Source: Octopus vulgaris
Taxonomy: Eukaryota
Direction: 5' to 3'
Assembly (NCBI GenBank): GCA_951406725.2
Contig: OX597826.1
Coordinates: 13,392,001 to 13,456,000 of the forward strand
Length of the DNA: 64,000 nt
In this document: one piece after another, positions 42,545 to 55,823 of the stretch
How positions within the stretch are numbered: the first letter of the stretch is position 1
How the letters are laid out: every line of letters begins with the position of its first letter
Position numbers and translations under genes: made by a program
Notes under the pieces: generated by a model
The model's database searches: none
Told to the model about the DNA's origin: nothing
The model's input: the letters and a program-made list of their open reading frames with translations, nothing else

Positions 42545-44900
42545 GAGGCCAAGGAAACCTGACCCACACTACTACTGATACATGAGCCATAACAGTAACA
42601 TCAACAACAACATCAGTATCTGTAGCAGCAAGTCGAGCAAAATTCGCAACCTTAACAGCAGCAACATCAGGAGGCGCAATGGCACAAGGGTCAGGGCAGC
42701 GGACTTGCGGGCGGAGGATCGCATTTTAGATTCCCAGACCGGGCGTTGTGTGTGTTTATTGAACGAAAACACCTAAAGCTCCACGAGGCTCCGGCAGGGA
42801 TGGTGGAGACCCCTGTTGTACTCTTTCGCTCCAACTTTCTCTCACTCTTTCTTCCTGTTTCTGGTCCCCGACTTCCTATGCAACTGCTGATCCTGGATGC
42901 GCATCCATCCATCCGTCGATGCTCTCGGTGTCGAGGATTGACCTGCTTTCTCTTCTGCGGGTCTTACGAATAGCAAAGGACCACGTTTCGGACTTCTCCC
43001 ATCTTGCGAGCTCTGGGACGAAGACCGTTCGCTCAACAGCAACAACAACAACAACAACAGCAACAGCAACACCAACAACAACAATAGCAACCGCTGCAAT
43101 AACAACAGCAGTATGTATTCAAACCAGTGCCGCGACACATGTGAGGTGAGGGTTGAAGGGTTAGAAAGCAAAGAGATGTCTTCTGCTCGCTGTAAAAGAA
43201 TAACACCGATATTAACTCAAGTGACACGTACGCACACACATGCCCCAACGAGCTTTTTCTCCGATTTTCTTTAAATATTTTGATTCTGAATTCTCGTGAA
43301 ATCAGAAGAGAATAAGCAGTTTGGATACTTACAAGCCGTGACCACGAGGAGTAAAACGAGAGGAAAACGATTGTTCTACTACAATATTTGAAAGAAAGAT
43401 TGGACTGTAGTGAGAACCCCATCACGGCAGATGATATATAGTTGGAGGTACATAAGTTGAGCCAGGATCTATGTTACGAGTTCCATGTAAACTTCTCAAA
43501 CAAGCTCTTCTTCACATCTAGAGATGTATTTATTTGAAATGGCAGTAAACTCGAAGCTGTTTAAGAGGGGAGTTCTATTGCCGCTGAGGAAGAATGGGGA
43601 CAAGGAGGACATCAACATTTTCTAGTCAACGCAGAATCAGACTTTAATACTCTAATGAGATTAGGGGTTGTCGTTGGGATGGCGCAGAAGTGTACGACCC
43701 TCATCAAATTCCAATTTGATTCGCATACAAAGTGTATACTTCTTCCATGTAGCCAACATTGTAAACATTCAACACCATCCTTCTCCAGATGCGATTTAGA
43801 TTATCTGATGTGGTTTGTACACGGAAGAGAGGATGGTTAACAAATTTTATTTCGACGAAGCATCGATCCACTTGGATGAATCTAAAGGTTTGACCCCTAA
43901 TTCTCGAAAGGTATCCTCAGTGCTCGTTTGCGTCCCGTCTGCAATTCTACCAAGAAACTAAATAGCCAGTTATTAGAACAGGTTTCGAACACAAGCTCAA
44001 TCCACAAAAGTTGTTCTCCCTCATCACTTGTATACATTTTGGGACGTGAGCAGTGGCTACGTAAGCCAGGTGTTGAGCAGTATCTCGCTCAAACTGCAGA
44101 CGATCGTATATATAGTCGATATAAAAACTTTGTTATCGGATTTCACATGAATCGTGTACCACAATGAGGAAATAAGAGGTGCCGAAAGTATGTAAATCTA
44201 GAAAAATTCGATAGTGTTGCAGCTCGGCAACTTGAAATGCAAATCCATGCTGGTCAGAATAATTAATGCAGAACTAGCTGTCCTGTCAAGATGCTTGTGG
44301 GTATAGTTTAATTCAGACCTCCAGAAAGATAGTAACTAGGATGAAGTTACATGCAGGGTGGATATTCTCCCCAAGAAACGGGATTAGAGGAAGGTATCTG
44401 TGAAAGGTTGGGCAGAGGTAACAAATACATAAAATGCCTCCGTTATATATTACCACCTAACTGTCATGTCTTTCCCCAGTTTTCACAAGATAAATTTAAA
44501 TGACTGCACTTTCGATTCTTGGAGAAGGAATCTGCTTCATTGGTTAAACTGTTCATCTGCTACCAATACTCACAGCTCAGAGGTTTTGATATAGCGTCGA
44601 TGATGATGCAGAGTCATTCCGATGAAACGTAGAAATTTCTGCATTGGCAGTGCTATCTATGTGGGCATTTCCGGTTCAGAATGTTCTCAATTGGCACAGA
44701 AATCAAGCTTGTCTGAGGCACACGCAGGGCAACAAATTCGTTCTTCACACATTCTTTCTAACACTAAGTTTACTAGATGGAAAGACATGACGACTCTGCC
44801 TTTTAGAGGAGAAGAATTGTACTCAGCGACTGCTGTATTTAAGCCTTCCACGTTCTCTTCGGCTGCATGTACAGGCATACAAGGTTTCAGTTTTTAAGCA
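41954..44900 (+). mobile_element. Heavily decayed Tx1/L1-clade LINE (ORF1 and ORF2 remnants)
   Basis: ORF1 knuckle relic VEARKPSSHICGTTN..DCP (~42475). RT relics RGVLLPLRKNGDKEDI (~43566), HLDESK.FD (~43870) and SSIHKSCSPSSLVYILGREQWLRK (~43995, cf. QGCPLSPLLY). Confidence 0.6.
42670..43036 (+). mobile_element. SINE family D, tail type 1
   Basis: Homologous to 14587-14990. Confidence 0.85.
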
Positions 44901-46442
44901 TCTGTTAAGTACCCTTAATGATTTTAAGAGAAAACTAATAGAAAACGTCAAATATTTACGCCAAATATTGGAGGTGTCCACAGCAAGAGGTGAGTTACTT
45001 CTCAGTAGTTCGCCTTACCATCTTACATGCCTCCATCACTTCGTGACGGTCTTCCTCCATCCGAGCACTAAAAGTTGAAAGGCCAACTTTAGACCTTGAT
45101 GAGCTAGCTATTTGAAGGATGAAGAATTCAGCCGTAATTCATGAAGAAGCGCTGTGATTCTTTGCATTCCTCGTTCCATAGCTATATTCTATTCTTTGAA
45201 ATGCAGAGTTGTTGGCTGTTACACTTTTTCTGTAATTTGTGATATTTTTTAAGGGACTGGATTTTTGAAAACATTTTATTGCGTCTTAATTTTTGATAAA
45301 ATGAAGTCTTAGAATATTAAATTCCAGTCTTAATGTTATGGGTGGTACTGAAAATGTATTAATGACACGGATTAGACTTTTGCTATTTAAAATTTTTGAA
45401 AAAACCTTATCTCAACTAAAAGATTAATTCGTTATTCCTAGTTGCCAAGCTTTCGCATAAGCACAAAATCTGCCTTCGTTTATACCAAAATAAGTATAAT
45501 GTATACCAAATGATATCAATAAAGGACTTTATAAATAAATATTTGTTCCCACTTCAACGTGGATGTTCTGATGGAGCAAACTATACTGCGGTAGGTACCA
45601 TAAGAGAAACTCTCATATTGGCTTTTTTGGTGCTAAATGCACGCTTGTTTAAATCGGTAGCGGGGAGATAAAACCGTGCCACTTCCAGCGCCAAGGCCAC
45701 CGGACCTCGTGATTTCGACCTTTCTTGGTCTTGTCAATGATGGGCGTTCGACCGCTCATTTCCTGCCAGTGATACATAAAGTAACAGTGCCAAAGCAGAC
45801 GCTGGTGGTGCGATTAACCAGTGAGCATTATAAATAAAAGTATGTATGACACGAAGTCGCAAACAGGGATATGCACAGCGGGTCAAAAAATATAATTAAG
45901 TCAAAATATTTCGAAACGAAGAAGAAAAATTAAATCGAGAAATAAAATATACGATAGAACATCAAAATGTACAAAAATATACGGATCATGCGTTCTTGTA
46001 AATCAATCAGAACGCGAAATGGGTGTAAATTGGAGACAGTAATCTTGATTAATGTGAAAACGACCGGAGTAAAGGTTAAATCTACTTAATAAAAGGGAAA
46101 ACTAATTAAAAATCAAATAAGGTAATAGAAAGATTTAAGCTCACATGAACTTCCGGATTAAACCATTTCATAGTATGGAAGAGTGATGTAGTTCGTTTCA
46201 AACATTGCGGGATTTGTTGAAAATCGTTTTGTTGTAAACATCAACTATAAAACAATAACAATAACAAAAACATTGAAATGCTGCTTTTGAAATATCTGAT
46301 TGCTCCTGCTCTTTCGAATTAGAATCCCTTTCAAAGCTTTAAAGGACACGATGACGAAGTAGATATATCTCCAGGGTGTGGAACATCAACAAAATAAACA
46401 CACAATTTCTCTCTCTCTCCTTCTCTCTCACTCACACTCTCT

Positions 46443-46497
<55 letters not shown>

Positions 46498-46662
46498 GGC
46501 GAAGGAGTGGGTGTGTGGTAAGTAGCTTGTTTACCAACCACATGGTTCCGGGTTCAGTCCCGCTGCGTGGCACTTTGGGTAAGTGTCTTCTACTATAGCC
46601 TCGGGCCCACCAAAGCCTTGTGAGTGGATTTGGTAGACGGAAACCGAAAGAAGCTCGTCGTA

Positions 46663-46716
<54 letters not shown>

Positions 46717-46720
46717 CATG
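46498..46720 (+). mobile_element. SINE family A, 5' half
   Basis: Head and body end in the internal (AT)n tract. Confidence 0.8.
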
Positions 46721-46907
46721 ATATACATATATTGTTCTTTAAATCTTTGAAATAGAGTTTTAACTCGAAATATTTGGTCGAATTAAATATTTCTTACGTT
46801 ACATTTCAGATCTTCGTCATTGCTATTTTTTAAATATTTTTAATATTCTATCAGCATCACTATTGCCTTCCATAACGCACCAATTTTCCTTAATGATATG
46901 TAGTTAA

Positions 46908-47138
46908 GGCGGCGAGCTGGCAGAATCGTTAGCACGCCGGGCGAAATGCTTAGTAGTATTTCATCTGCCGCTACGTTCTGAGTTCAAATTCCGCCGAAGT
47001 CGACATTGCCTTTCATCCTTTCGGAGTCGATTAAATAAGTACCAGTTACGCACTGGGGTCGATATACTCGACTTAATCCGTTTGTCTGTCCTTGTTTGTC
47101 CTCTCTGTGTTTAGCCCCTTGTGGGTAGTAAAGAAATA
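46908..47138 (+). mobile_element. SINE family B monomer
   Basis: Complete copy with 13-bp TSD gatatgtagttaa. Confidence 0.92.
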
Positions 47139-49324
47139 GATATGTAGTTAAACTTTTTAATACATATTATTCGCTGCTTAGCAGAATATGTGCCATCATA
47201 GAAGAAGAAAGGGAATACTGTACTTATATAAACAACAAGATAATGGGAGCTGAAACGAGCAACTGCAGATCTATTAGTTATTTATTGTTAATGTAGAAAG
47301 TGCTGGTTTGAAGCACGAGGCTTAGTAGGGTGTTGGGCTCATGATCGTAAGATTATGGTTTCGATTCTCCAGCCGGGCGATGGGTTGTGTTCTTGAGCAA
47401 CACACTTTATTTCATGTTGCTCCACGAGTAATCCTGCGACGGACCGGCATCCCGTCCTGGTGAGGAATATATATACGCCATGGAAACCGGTCTTACGAGT
47501 CTATATGAGTTGGGGAGGAACTTTTACAAGGAACTAACAGAAGTGACAGATAGTAAGATGTAAATTTTGAAAAATTGAAAATCAGCAAAACCATCAAAGA
47601 TATCAAGAGATACAATAAATTGATGGAAAGGAAAAACTTAGTAATACAATAGATCGACTAACGAAAAGTCAGCACATGGTAGAATTCTCTATAACAGATT
47701 CTAAAGTGCTGTGAATAATTGCTTCTGATTTAGGCACAAGGTCAACAGATTTTAGGGCAGGATTTAGTTGATATCATCAGTCCCCAGTACTTGATTAGTA
47801 CTTGATGTTATAAACTCAGAAAGGATGAAATTGGCCTCAGCATCATTTGAACTAGAAACGTATAGAACCGAAACAAATGATTAAAATAATGACATCATTG
47901 GATAGAGAACGTTGTTGAGACAACTATTAGTGAGTTTAGTTGGAATACTGACATGCAAACAAGAGCTACTCTTTTAAGTTAAAATAAGAAAAAGAAAGAT
48001 GATTTTCCAAAAAAGATTCAATATTTGGTTTTGTTGGTAATGAATAGATAAAAACACTAGCGTAGGTACCTTTTGTATAAATCTTATAAAGTACTAATGT
48101 CCATAAATACCCTCAGAACTACACCAAAAAGTGAAAAGGATAAAGAATGTTAGAACTTTCGTCAGAGAAACTAGCAGACAGTGTGGCATTGAGAGAAATG
48201 AAATGAATAAATAAATAGATAAAATAAAGTAAATAAGGTAAAGTCTGTTGGAATTGCATTTTTAGATAACAAAGTAATACAAGGAGAACGAAATACAGCT
48301 ACAGGAGTGTTCTGGACGATTATGGAATGAAACAGAAAGAACTAAAAGATAAAGTCCCAAAAATATAAACAGGGAGTCAGACGATCTTACAAAGAAAACT
48401 AGTTGGGGAAAAAGAACCAACACCTGGTAAATACTAAATCGGAGATATCCTTTAGTGTTTTTTAGTGAGCGAAAAGCGAAGCGTGATGAAATGAATAGGC
48501 ACACCAAATCAATGTTAGCAACAAACCCACGATAGAAGTTTTCGTAGACATTTTAACGAAAACAGACAAATAAATAAATAAATAAATAAATAAATAAAAG
48601 CAGAATGCTACTTATTTTAACTTTTATTACGCTAGAGTATTATTGAAGATAACATGGACCGATTATATATATAAAAAAGGACTCCAATGTAATTTCTCAT
48701 TCCTATCTCTATAAAAGAAATAGAGAATTCAAGAAAGGTGCTTGGAAAGAGTTTGAGAGGAGGAAAATAAAATAAAGCTATTTTGCGAAGAGTTAGGAAA
48801 TTATGCTCAATAGGAAAGTAAGTCATAATGGTTGCCTGCGCCATTTCAATTTTGTGATATGCAAGATAATACTGCAGCCAAGAATGCCAAAAAATACGCA
48901 TAGTATTGAAATGGGCAGTATAAAGTGAAGTACATTCTATTTACGGATGACTTTAAAATGTATATTACGGAGATGAAATAGATTTTTTTAGTACACACAG
49001 TCGAGAATATTTTAGTACAAATACTGAGTTAGAAGTCGGGATAGAAAAACAACAAAAATGAACGTGACGTTTTAGCGATTTAATAACGAAAACAGGACGG
49101 AGAGAGGGAAGTAATTGAAGACAGTTACTTTAAAAAGGAAACAGGCCGATAGAGAAGTTTACAAATAATTAGATTTGGCAGTGCTGGATAAGACTTAGGA
49201 AAGAAACAGGAAAGGACTTCTTGAAAATAGTAATTCGGAAAAATTTTTAATTAGCGCGTAAATCTTTGATCAAGTTGCAAAGATAAAGCTAAACAATAAC
49301 ATATTGATGATGAGTATTTTGATA

Positions 49325-49616
49325 TGTTGTTGTTTGTTCCTTCTCGAGCCATGCTTGGCTCATAGGGTCGGTTTCCCGGTTTCTTTGGCGTATAAGTTCC
49401 CCACCTGGACGGGAAGCCGGTCCGTCACAGGTGAGTTGCAAGATGCAGGAGGAAAGAGCGAGAGAAAGTTGTGGCGAAAGAGTCAGCAGAAGTTCGCCAT
49501 TACCTTCTGCATAGGTGTTTCGCTCATAAACACACACATCGCCCGGTCTGATATTCGAACCCGCGATTCCTCGACCGCAAGTCCGCTGCTCTAACCACTA
49601 GGCCATGTGGCTCCAC
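49325..49616 (-). mobile_element. SINE family D-related copy with a V-like tail variant
   Basis: Family D-like head plus tail ctgtgacggaccggcttcccgtccagg...gaaaccgggaaacc. Confidence 0.75.
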
Positions 49617-49910
49617 ATTTTGAGATATTATTGGTTTCAAATTTTGTGTCAAGGCCATCAATTTCGGGAGAGGGGGTAAGTCGATTACATCGACCCCAGT
49701 TCTCAACTGGAACTTATTCTATCGACCCCGTGAAGATGAAAAGCAAAATTGCTCTCGACAGAAATTGAACTCAGAACGTGAAGATGGACGAAATGCTGCT
49801 AAGCATCACGCCCGGCGTGCTAACGATTCTGCCAGCTCACCGCCTCTAATTTAACATGTATTAAACTACCAAAGAGTAAAAAGTTTGTTTTGATTGAAGA
49901 ACTCGGAAAA

Positions 49911-50656
49911 TATTGGGTTGTCCGGAAAGTTCGTGCCGATTTATAGTAGCTTACCTTTCAACTTATTTTAGAACATGGTTGAGTCCATAAAATAGGATAT
50001 GACCACACCTCCATTTAGAGCACAGTTTTCGTGGAAGAAGGTTTATGTTCCTATAACCTGTGTTAATTTTGTAACCCTTTAAAATGGAAGATAAGAAAGT
50101 TCCTTTTCGGCACTTGATGCTTTGGGAACCACACAAAAATTGCTGCAGCTCGGCTGGGATGTGTTACCCCACCCTCCATATTCACCAGATATTGCTCCTT
50201 CGGATTTCCACTTATTCAGGTCTCTGCAGGATAGTCTTAATGGTAAAAATTTCAATTCCTTGGATGATGTAAAAAGATACCTTGATGAATTCTTTGCCAT
50301 GAAACCACCTCAATTCTGGGAAGAGGGTATTTTCAAGTTAATGGAAAGATGGAGACGCATTGTGCAAGAAAATTTTTCATATTTGGTTGATTAAAAATGT
50401 AATGTCAAGTGTTTATTGACCTTTTTCTTTCCTTTAAAAATCGGCACGAACTTTCCGGACAACCCAATACACTTACCGGATATTTACAAATTGTGTGGAT
50501 TACTCTGAGACAGGACAAAGTATACAAAGTGAGTATCAGGTAGGAACTGCTAGAATATTCTTTAATTTACTATTCATATATGAATCCACGGTCAAGTGTT
50601 TATTGATCTTTTTCTTTCCTTTAAAAATCGGCACGAACTTTCCGGACAACCCAATA
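49911..50656 (+). mobile_element. Non-autonomous mariner, third copy, with 121-bp extension and duplicated 3' TIR
   Basis: Core element 49911-50469 (HPPYSPDIAPSDFHLF), extension 50470-50590, second 3' end 50591-50656. Confidence 0.92.
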
Positions 50657-52619
50657 ATATCTATATTTTAGTAGGATAAATACGTAGAAAAGAAGAAGCG
50701 CTTTAATAAGTTCCGAAGAACCTTATAGAAGATAAAAGCAAGGTAAACGCGTCTGCGTATGTAAGTAACACTGCTAGTACTGTGTTGGAAGAAATAGTAG
50801 ACTGGGAATAGCTGAAACTGGAGAATATACCAGGAAAATTTAAGGGATATTATCTTGAGAAAATATTATAAAGCAAAGGTTTTGGGCAAGAAAATAAAAT
50901 GCATGGGCAGATTATTAGGGAAATGAATAAATATGTAGATTATTCCCGGTCACGGATAAAAAGTCCTGATCAAAAGCTTGAGTCTCAGCTTCATTCATTG
51001 GTTGGCACTTATAAGAATCTTTATGAGAAACGAATTAGTGGTTGTGAAGCAGAGTTGATAAATAGATGCAGTAATTAGCGCAGAGCATCCACTGGAAATT
51101 ATGTGGAAAATATATATTAGAAAAAACACAGGAATTGTACGATATCCAACCTCTCGGTATAATCATCTTTCGCTACCAGAGTTAGAAACCAGATATCGTT
51201 GTAGCGAATAATACAGTACAGAAATAGGAAATAATTGGTAATGAACTTCCGAGACGGACTGGGAAGTAAGAAAAACGAATAAGCGGAGACATACCAAGAT
51301 TTTAAACATGTTTCCAAATTGGTGGCTCATAAAGCGAAGCTACATATGATATGAATAATGGAGAGATATTTTTCTATAATCCCTAATAGTCAAATGATTA
51401 ACGAAAACTGGAGTAAAAATTAGAACAGAATACCTTCCCAAAACTATCTTATTAGGAACAGCTGAGGTATTAGGGAAAATGTGAGTGGCCTAGATACACA
51501 AGTACAGTGTATAGATATGTGTCTGTAATTTACATCTAATGGCAGCAAACACCGATGTAACAGATTCAAGGAGCAAACTAACTTGCCTTGGTTGATGTGA
51601 GCTCCCGTTACTACCCCATGTTCCTTCAGTGCAGAGCGATCGACTTGATTTCTTTAGTGTTTGGTATGCTTTGCGGACTGAGTTTGTAATTGTAAACTAT
51701 TCTAATGGCTGGATGGTTACTGATCTTCGCCACTTGGGAGATTAACTATATGTTGAATCAATTCAATCTTTCAAAGCAATCAAAATAAATACCTCAACCT
51801 CATTTGAGTGGCCATTTATATCATTCAAATTGCTTTTTACACAGCCATTCACTGCCAGTCATATCTCAGGTGCTGTTATCAGATTTTCATTGATATCCAC
51901 TATTTCTGACGAGTCCCACCACCGCAAACCGTCGAGTCAGGCACTGAGGTTCACCGTCTTTGGTCCACCTTCCACCGATACAGTCGAGATAATGGGTATT
52001 ATAGAAGTGCAAACATTGAATGGCACATGTCTGGTATGCTATTCAAACTCAATTGGAGCTTTGTGGCCGCATCGCGTTTCTGCCCACACTAGATAGGATC
52101 TGTTAACCCGGTACAGTTTAACCAAGTCCAAGTTGGCGTATTTGGAAAATCTGGTAGTTTCCTGTCAGACACAACTCTTAAGCAAGTTTGTGAGGCATTT
52201 ACGCTCCTTCCCGAAAGCATTTACCGACACAATCTCAGTCTGTGACTAAGAAACCATTCTCATTACCATGAATGATCTTAAATTTTTGAAGAAATATTTC
52301 TCACATGCTTCAACCGGAATATAAATTATACTCATCTGAGCTAATTACTGCGTTGTGAAATTTATATACTTCGTAAATACATCTCTTATTATAAAAGGCA
52401 GATTTTATCTGCCTCCCTTTGTCTCTTATGGAAATCTACAATATAGGATTTCTTCAATTACAATTTACCTAGCATTTTTAAGAGTAGAATGCATCGGGTC
52501 GTGCCAGGTCCAGTTTTTAAAATTTCAACCCCAATTAAGCAAAATTTAGAGAAAACTCACATTGTGGTGTGTATGTCAAATGCTTTTCTTAGTGTGGGCT
52601 ACAGCACACGCACACACAC

Positions 52620-53365
52620 ACACACACAAACGGAGCGAACTGTTTCACTGACGCTATCGCCCGAATTTCTCCTCCTTTGTCTTTGCAAGTGTGCAACGAT
52701 TAAAGTGAAAACAGTGAATCCGACAGCGATAAAGAAAATGAATTGGCACCTGAATGGAGTGAAAATTTAAAAACTGTTTCTTTCGGTGATTTTTCTGAAG
52801 AAACTGGACCAAGCCACAGACTTTCCCAGAAGAGTAAAGCCTTAGACTATTTCTTTTTACTTTGTCGAATGAGCCCATTTGAAATCATTACGGCGGAAAC
52901 GAACTGTTACGCTAAACGTAAACAAAACGAAAGAAAGGATAGTTTGTTATTTTCCACAACCTTAAATGAAATTAAGGCCTATTTTGCCATAAATATTATT
53001 ATGGGTATCAGAAAGTTACCTAGAATAACAAATTCTATCGTAAAATTTTGTTGTATACCCAACTGAATATTAGCTAATAACCCATTTTCTATAGCGATGT
53101 TTGAACAAAATTTTTATAATTTTATATATTGTTGAATTTACCTGTATCTACCTGCAATTAGAGTCACTTTGTGACAAAAATTATAGTATAGAATTGGTTG
53201 AGAACATTTCATTAAATTATCTTCCAAAATTCATGTTAATATATTGATAAATAAAAAAGTTATTGTTATTTAATGAAACCAGACTAAATTTATGATTACG
53301 TTAGAAAATAATTGAAACACATAAGGGGTGTATTTTGGTCAGAAATATAGTAACGAAAGGGTTAA
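52620..53365 (+). mobile_element. piggyBac remnant (transposase N-terminal fragment and right end)
   Basis: FSEETGP...LDYFFL...EIITAETNCYA...TTLNEIKAYFAINIIMGIRKLP resembles PGBD4-like DDE_Tnp_1_7. Ends gtaacgaaaGGG|TTAA at 53361-53365. Confidence 0.72.
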
Positions 53366-53473
53366 GAAAAACCAAAAAATATTTTATTCTTTATAAATGT
53401 TGTGTTCAAAATAACATTTTCTTTTAAGAATGTGTATATAACAAAGTATGTGTATATAACTACATGGCTTATA

Positions 53474-53854
53474 TCTTTATATATAAAACTGAAGTTGTGT
53501 GTCTGTCTCCTACGATTTAGATTCGTAACTACTCCCACATATTGCGGTGCAGTTTCACCAAAAGCGGGTATCTTAAAGTCGTGAGTCATATCGAGCCCTT
53601 CTGGCGCGCGTCTACGATGAGTCTACGATTTAAAAAAAATTTACCATCATATTTTTCCATTTTAATGCATTTTTTTCGCTATTATATAAGGGAAGTAACT
53701 CTCTAAAAATATCTACGATGTGTCAACGATTTAAAAAAAAAAATTACCTTAATTTTTTTTCCATTTTTAATGCATTTTTTGGCTATAACTCTCTAAAAAT
53801 GCTTATATAGTTATTTCCCTTACAAACCCGAGCAACGCCGGGCGATACTGCTAG
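53474..53854 (+). mobile_element. Complete non-autonomous Helitron
   Basis: A|TCTTTATATATAAA start, subterminal hairpin cccgagcaacgccggg (53827-53842), CTAG|T end. Confidence 0.85.
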
Positions 53855-54399
53855 TCGTAAATATATTTTTGGAGCAAACACGAAATTTCGAGAAGTAGTT
53901 TGCAGCCTTCGAACCTTCTTGAAATGTTGGTTCCTAATGGCTATTTCTGGTTCTCCCTCAGTGGTATCTGCTTGTTCAATTCGTAAAAGAGATAAATCAA
54001 TCAACCAGGTACTTTCAATATTTGAAGTAAATGCACAAAATATATTATACGTTTCTACCAGTAACTTTCGATGTGTTGTCAATGGGGTTATACGTCAACT
54101 AGCTTCCAAACTCAGTCAAATCCAGCGAAAGGATCACACAATTGTATTTTATAAACGACAGACTATGCTGATGATCTTGCAGATGTTTACGTATCCATAT
54201 ACATAAATATTAACAAGTGAAACTAATTAGTACATAGGTAATCGTTTTTTATTTCGTATATTTTCATTTGTCTTGCTTATTTTTACACTTTGATTTTTTT
54301 GCTGAGTTTTTTCTTGCGAACACATTCTTCGTGGAAAATAGCGATTTTGACGTCTGTATGTAGCGTATAGACTGTCCACTTTTAGTGGTCAGTCCTATA

Positions 54400-54732
54400 A
54401 ATTTTGTGTGTATATATATTGTATTTCGGGATGGACTTTTTTTGCCTAATAAACGCATGCGCAATATATTTTTTCAACACTCATTACTGTTCTCATTTTA
54501 TTATTTTAACTCATGAACAGAATGTAGTAAGTGGAGCAAGAACACACTCGAAAACGAAAGTGTCGCTGGAGAGGTCACAGAGGCGTGACGAAAGATTTCG
54601 GACAATGGTCATGAGTTAAAATAATAAAATAAGAAGAGTAATAAATGAGTGAAGTAAAAATATATAGTGCGTGTGTTTATTAGGGAAAAAAATGACCATC
54701 CCGAAATACAATATCTGCTTCAACACACAATT
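54400..54732. mobile_element. Penelope-like inverted-repeat remnant with a degenerate hammerhead in the spacer
   Basis: Arms 54400-54516 and 54609-54732. Spacer has tgtc-g-CTGGAGA-g-gtcac(agaggc)gtgac-GAAA-gattTC-ggaca. Confidence 0.6.
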
Positions 54733-54800
54733 TCACATCAGGAATCTTGCAAAACGAATTCATAACCCCCCCACACACACACACACACACACATATTTAT

Positions 54801-54925
54801 ATACGTAAATGTCGAACGAGGAAATGAGTGCTCAACACCGCATTGATGGATATATAATTTCTTTATTTGTGAATTATTCACCAATGTGGTATTGAGCACT
54901 ATTTCATCGTCCGAAATTTACGTAT
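54801..54925. repeat. ~50-bp imperfect inverted repeat
   Basis: atacgtaaatgtcgaacgaggaaatgagtgctcaacaccgcattg pairs with caatgtggtattgagcactatttcatcgtccgaaatttacgtat. Confidence 0.75.
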
Positions 54926-55014
54926 CAAAGGTTCCGACGCCAAAAAACACCGGGCAAGCACTGAAAACATACCATGGAAAAATACGAAATAATGACATTA
55001 CTGAAATATATATA

Positions 55015-55444
55015 GGATCTTTTCGGTTTGAACGGCAGTTTTTTCTAGCGGTGTCATATGAAATTGTCACCCATAATTATGACCCTAGTATCGATCTATT
55101 GCATTTCAATCTGTTTTAGGGTTAGGGTTAGGATTAGGTTTAGGGGTGGTGGAAGAGTATCTTTTTTTCTTCACAAATGTAAATAAACCCAATCTGTTTC
55201 TTAAACGAGGGACATATTCATACAGCACAGAATGTTTTCACCTCAAATAGACGTCATTGATTGGTTGAAATTGCAGAAATTGAAGAAAAAAAAAACTACA
55301 AATATCTTACAAACTATAGAATTTTCTCAATAAAGCCAAGAGAAAAAGATGTTTTATAAACACATTCTACCAGTATACGAAGTTTAAAAGTGTTTAGTTA
55401 CGTGGAAATTATTTTAAAAACTGCCGTTCAAACCGAAAAGATCC
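55015..55444. mobile_element. GGATC-TIR MITE with internal telomere-like repeats
   Basis: TIR ggatcttttcggtttgaacggcagtttt; (TTAGGG)-like units at ~55116-55145; inserted in an AT tract. Confidence 0.88.
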
Positions 55445-55823
55445 ATATATATATCCCATGTATATATATATTACTTGTTTCAGTCATCGGACAGCAGCCA
55501 TGCTGAGGGACCCTCTTGACAGGTTTTACCTGAACAAAATTTACTCCAGTACTTACTTTTTTATGTTTGGTGCTTATTGCATCATTTTTTTTCTTTTTGC
55601 TAAACAGGTAAGTTACAGGGATATAAAGAAAACAACATCGGTAATCAAGCGGTGGGTTGACAGACACAAAGTCACACATCTACTTACATATTACCGATAA
55701 GACATATCGTATGTGTGTATGTGTGTTATTTAAACGTCAGGAGCTGCGGTTTATCATCCGAGAAAATTCCTTTTAAAGATGCATAGTCTAAAAAGAAAAA
55801 AAAGAAGAAAGAAACACAATATA

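Larger units (their letters stand above)
48300..51487 (+). mobile_element. Heavily decayed R4/Dong-like (RLE) LINE hosting nested insertions
   Basis: Relics KYILFTDDFKMY (48928; cf. HLLFMDDLKL), QENKMHGQII (50887; cf. KxLHGQF) and KTILLGTAEVLGKM* (51440; cf. KxxLLGTARILRK). Boundaries approximate. Confidence 0.6.

Noticed and set aside
45695-45745. Minus-strand hammerhead-like gacc/ggtc-GAAA
   Set aside because: The core reads ttgacaa (two mismatches); too degenerate to call.
50122-50394. Active mariner transposase or SETMAR-like gene
   Set aside because: Only the C-terminal ~85 aa remain; the same internal deletion is present in all three copies.
51905-51945. ctgacgagtccc hammerhead start
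   Set aside because: The complementary gggac-GAAA half is absent.
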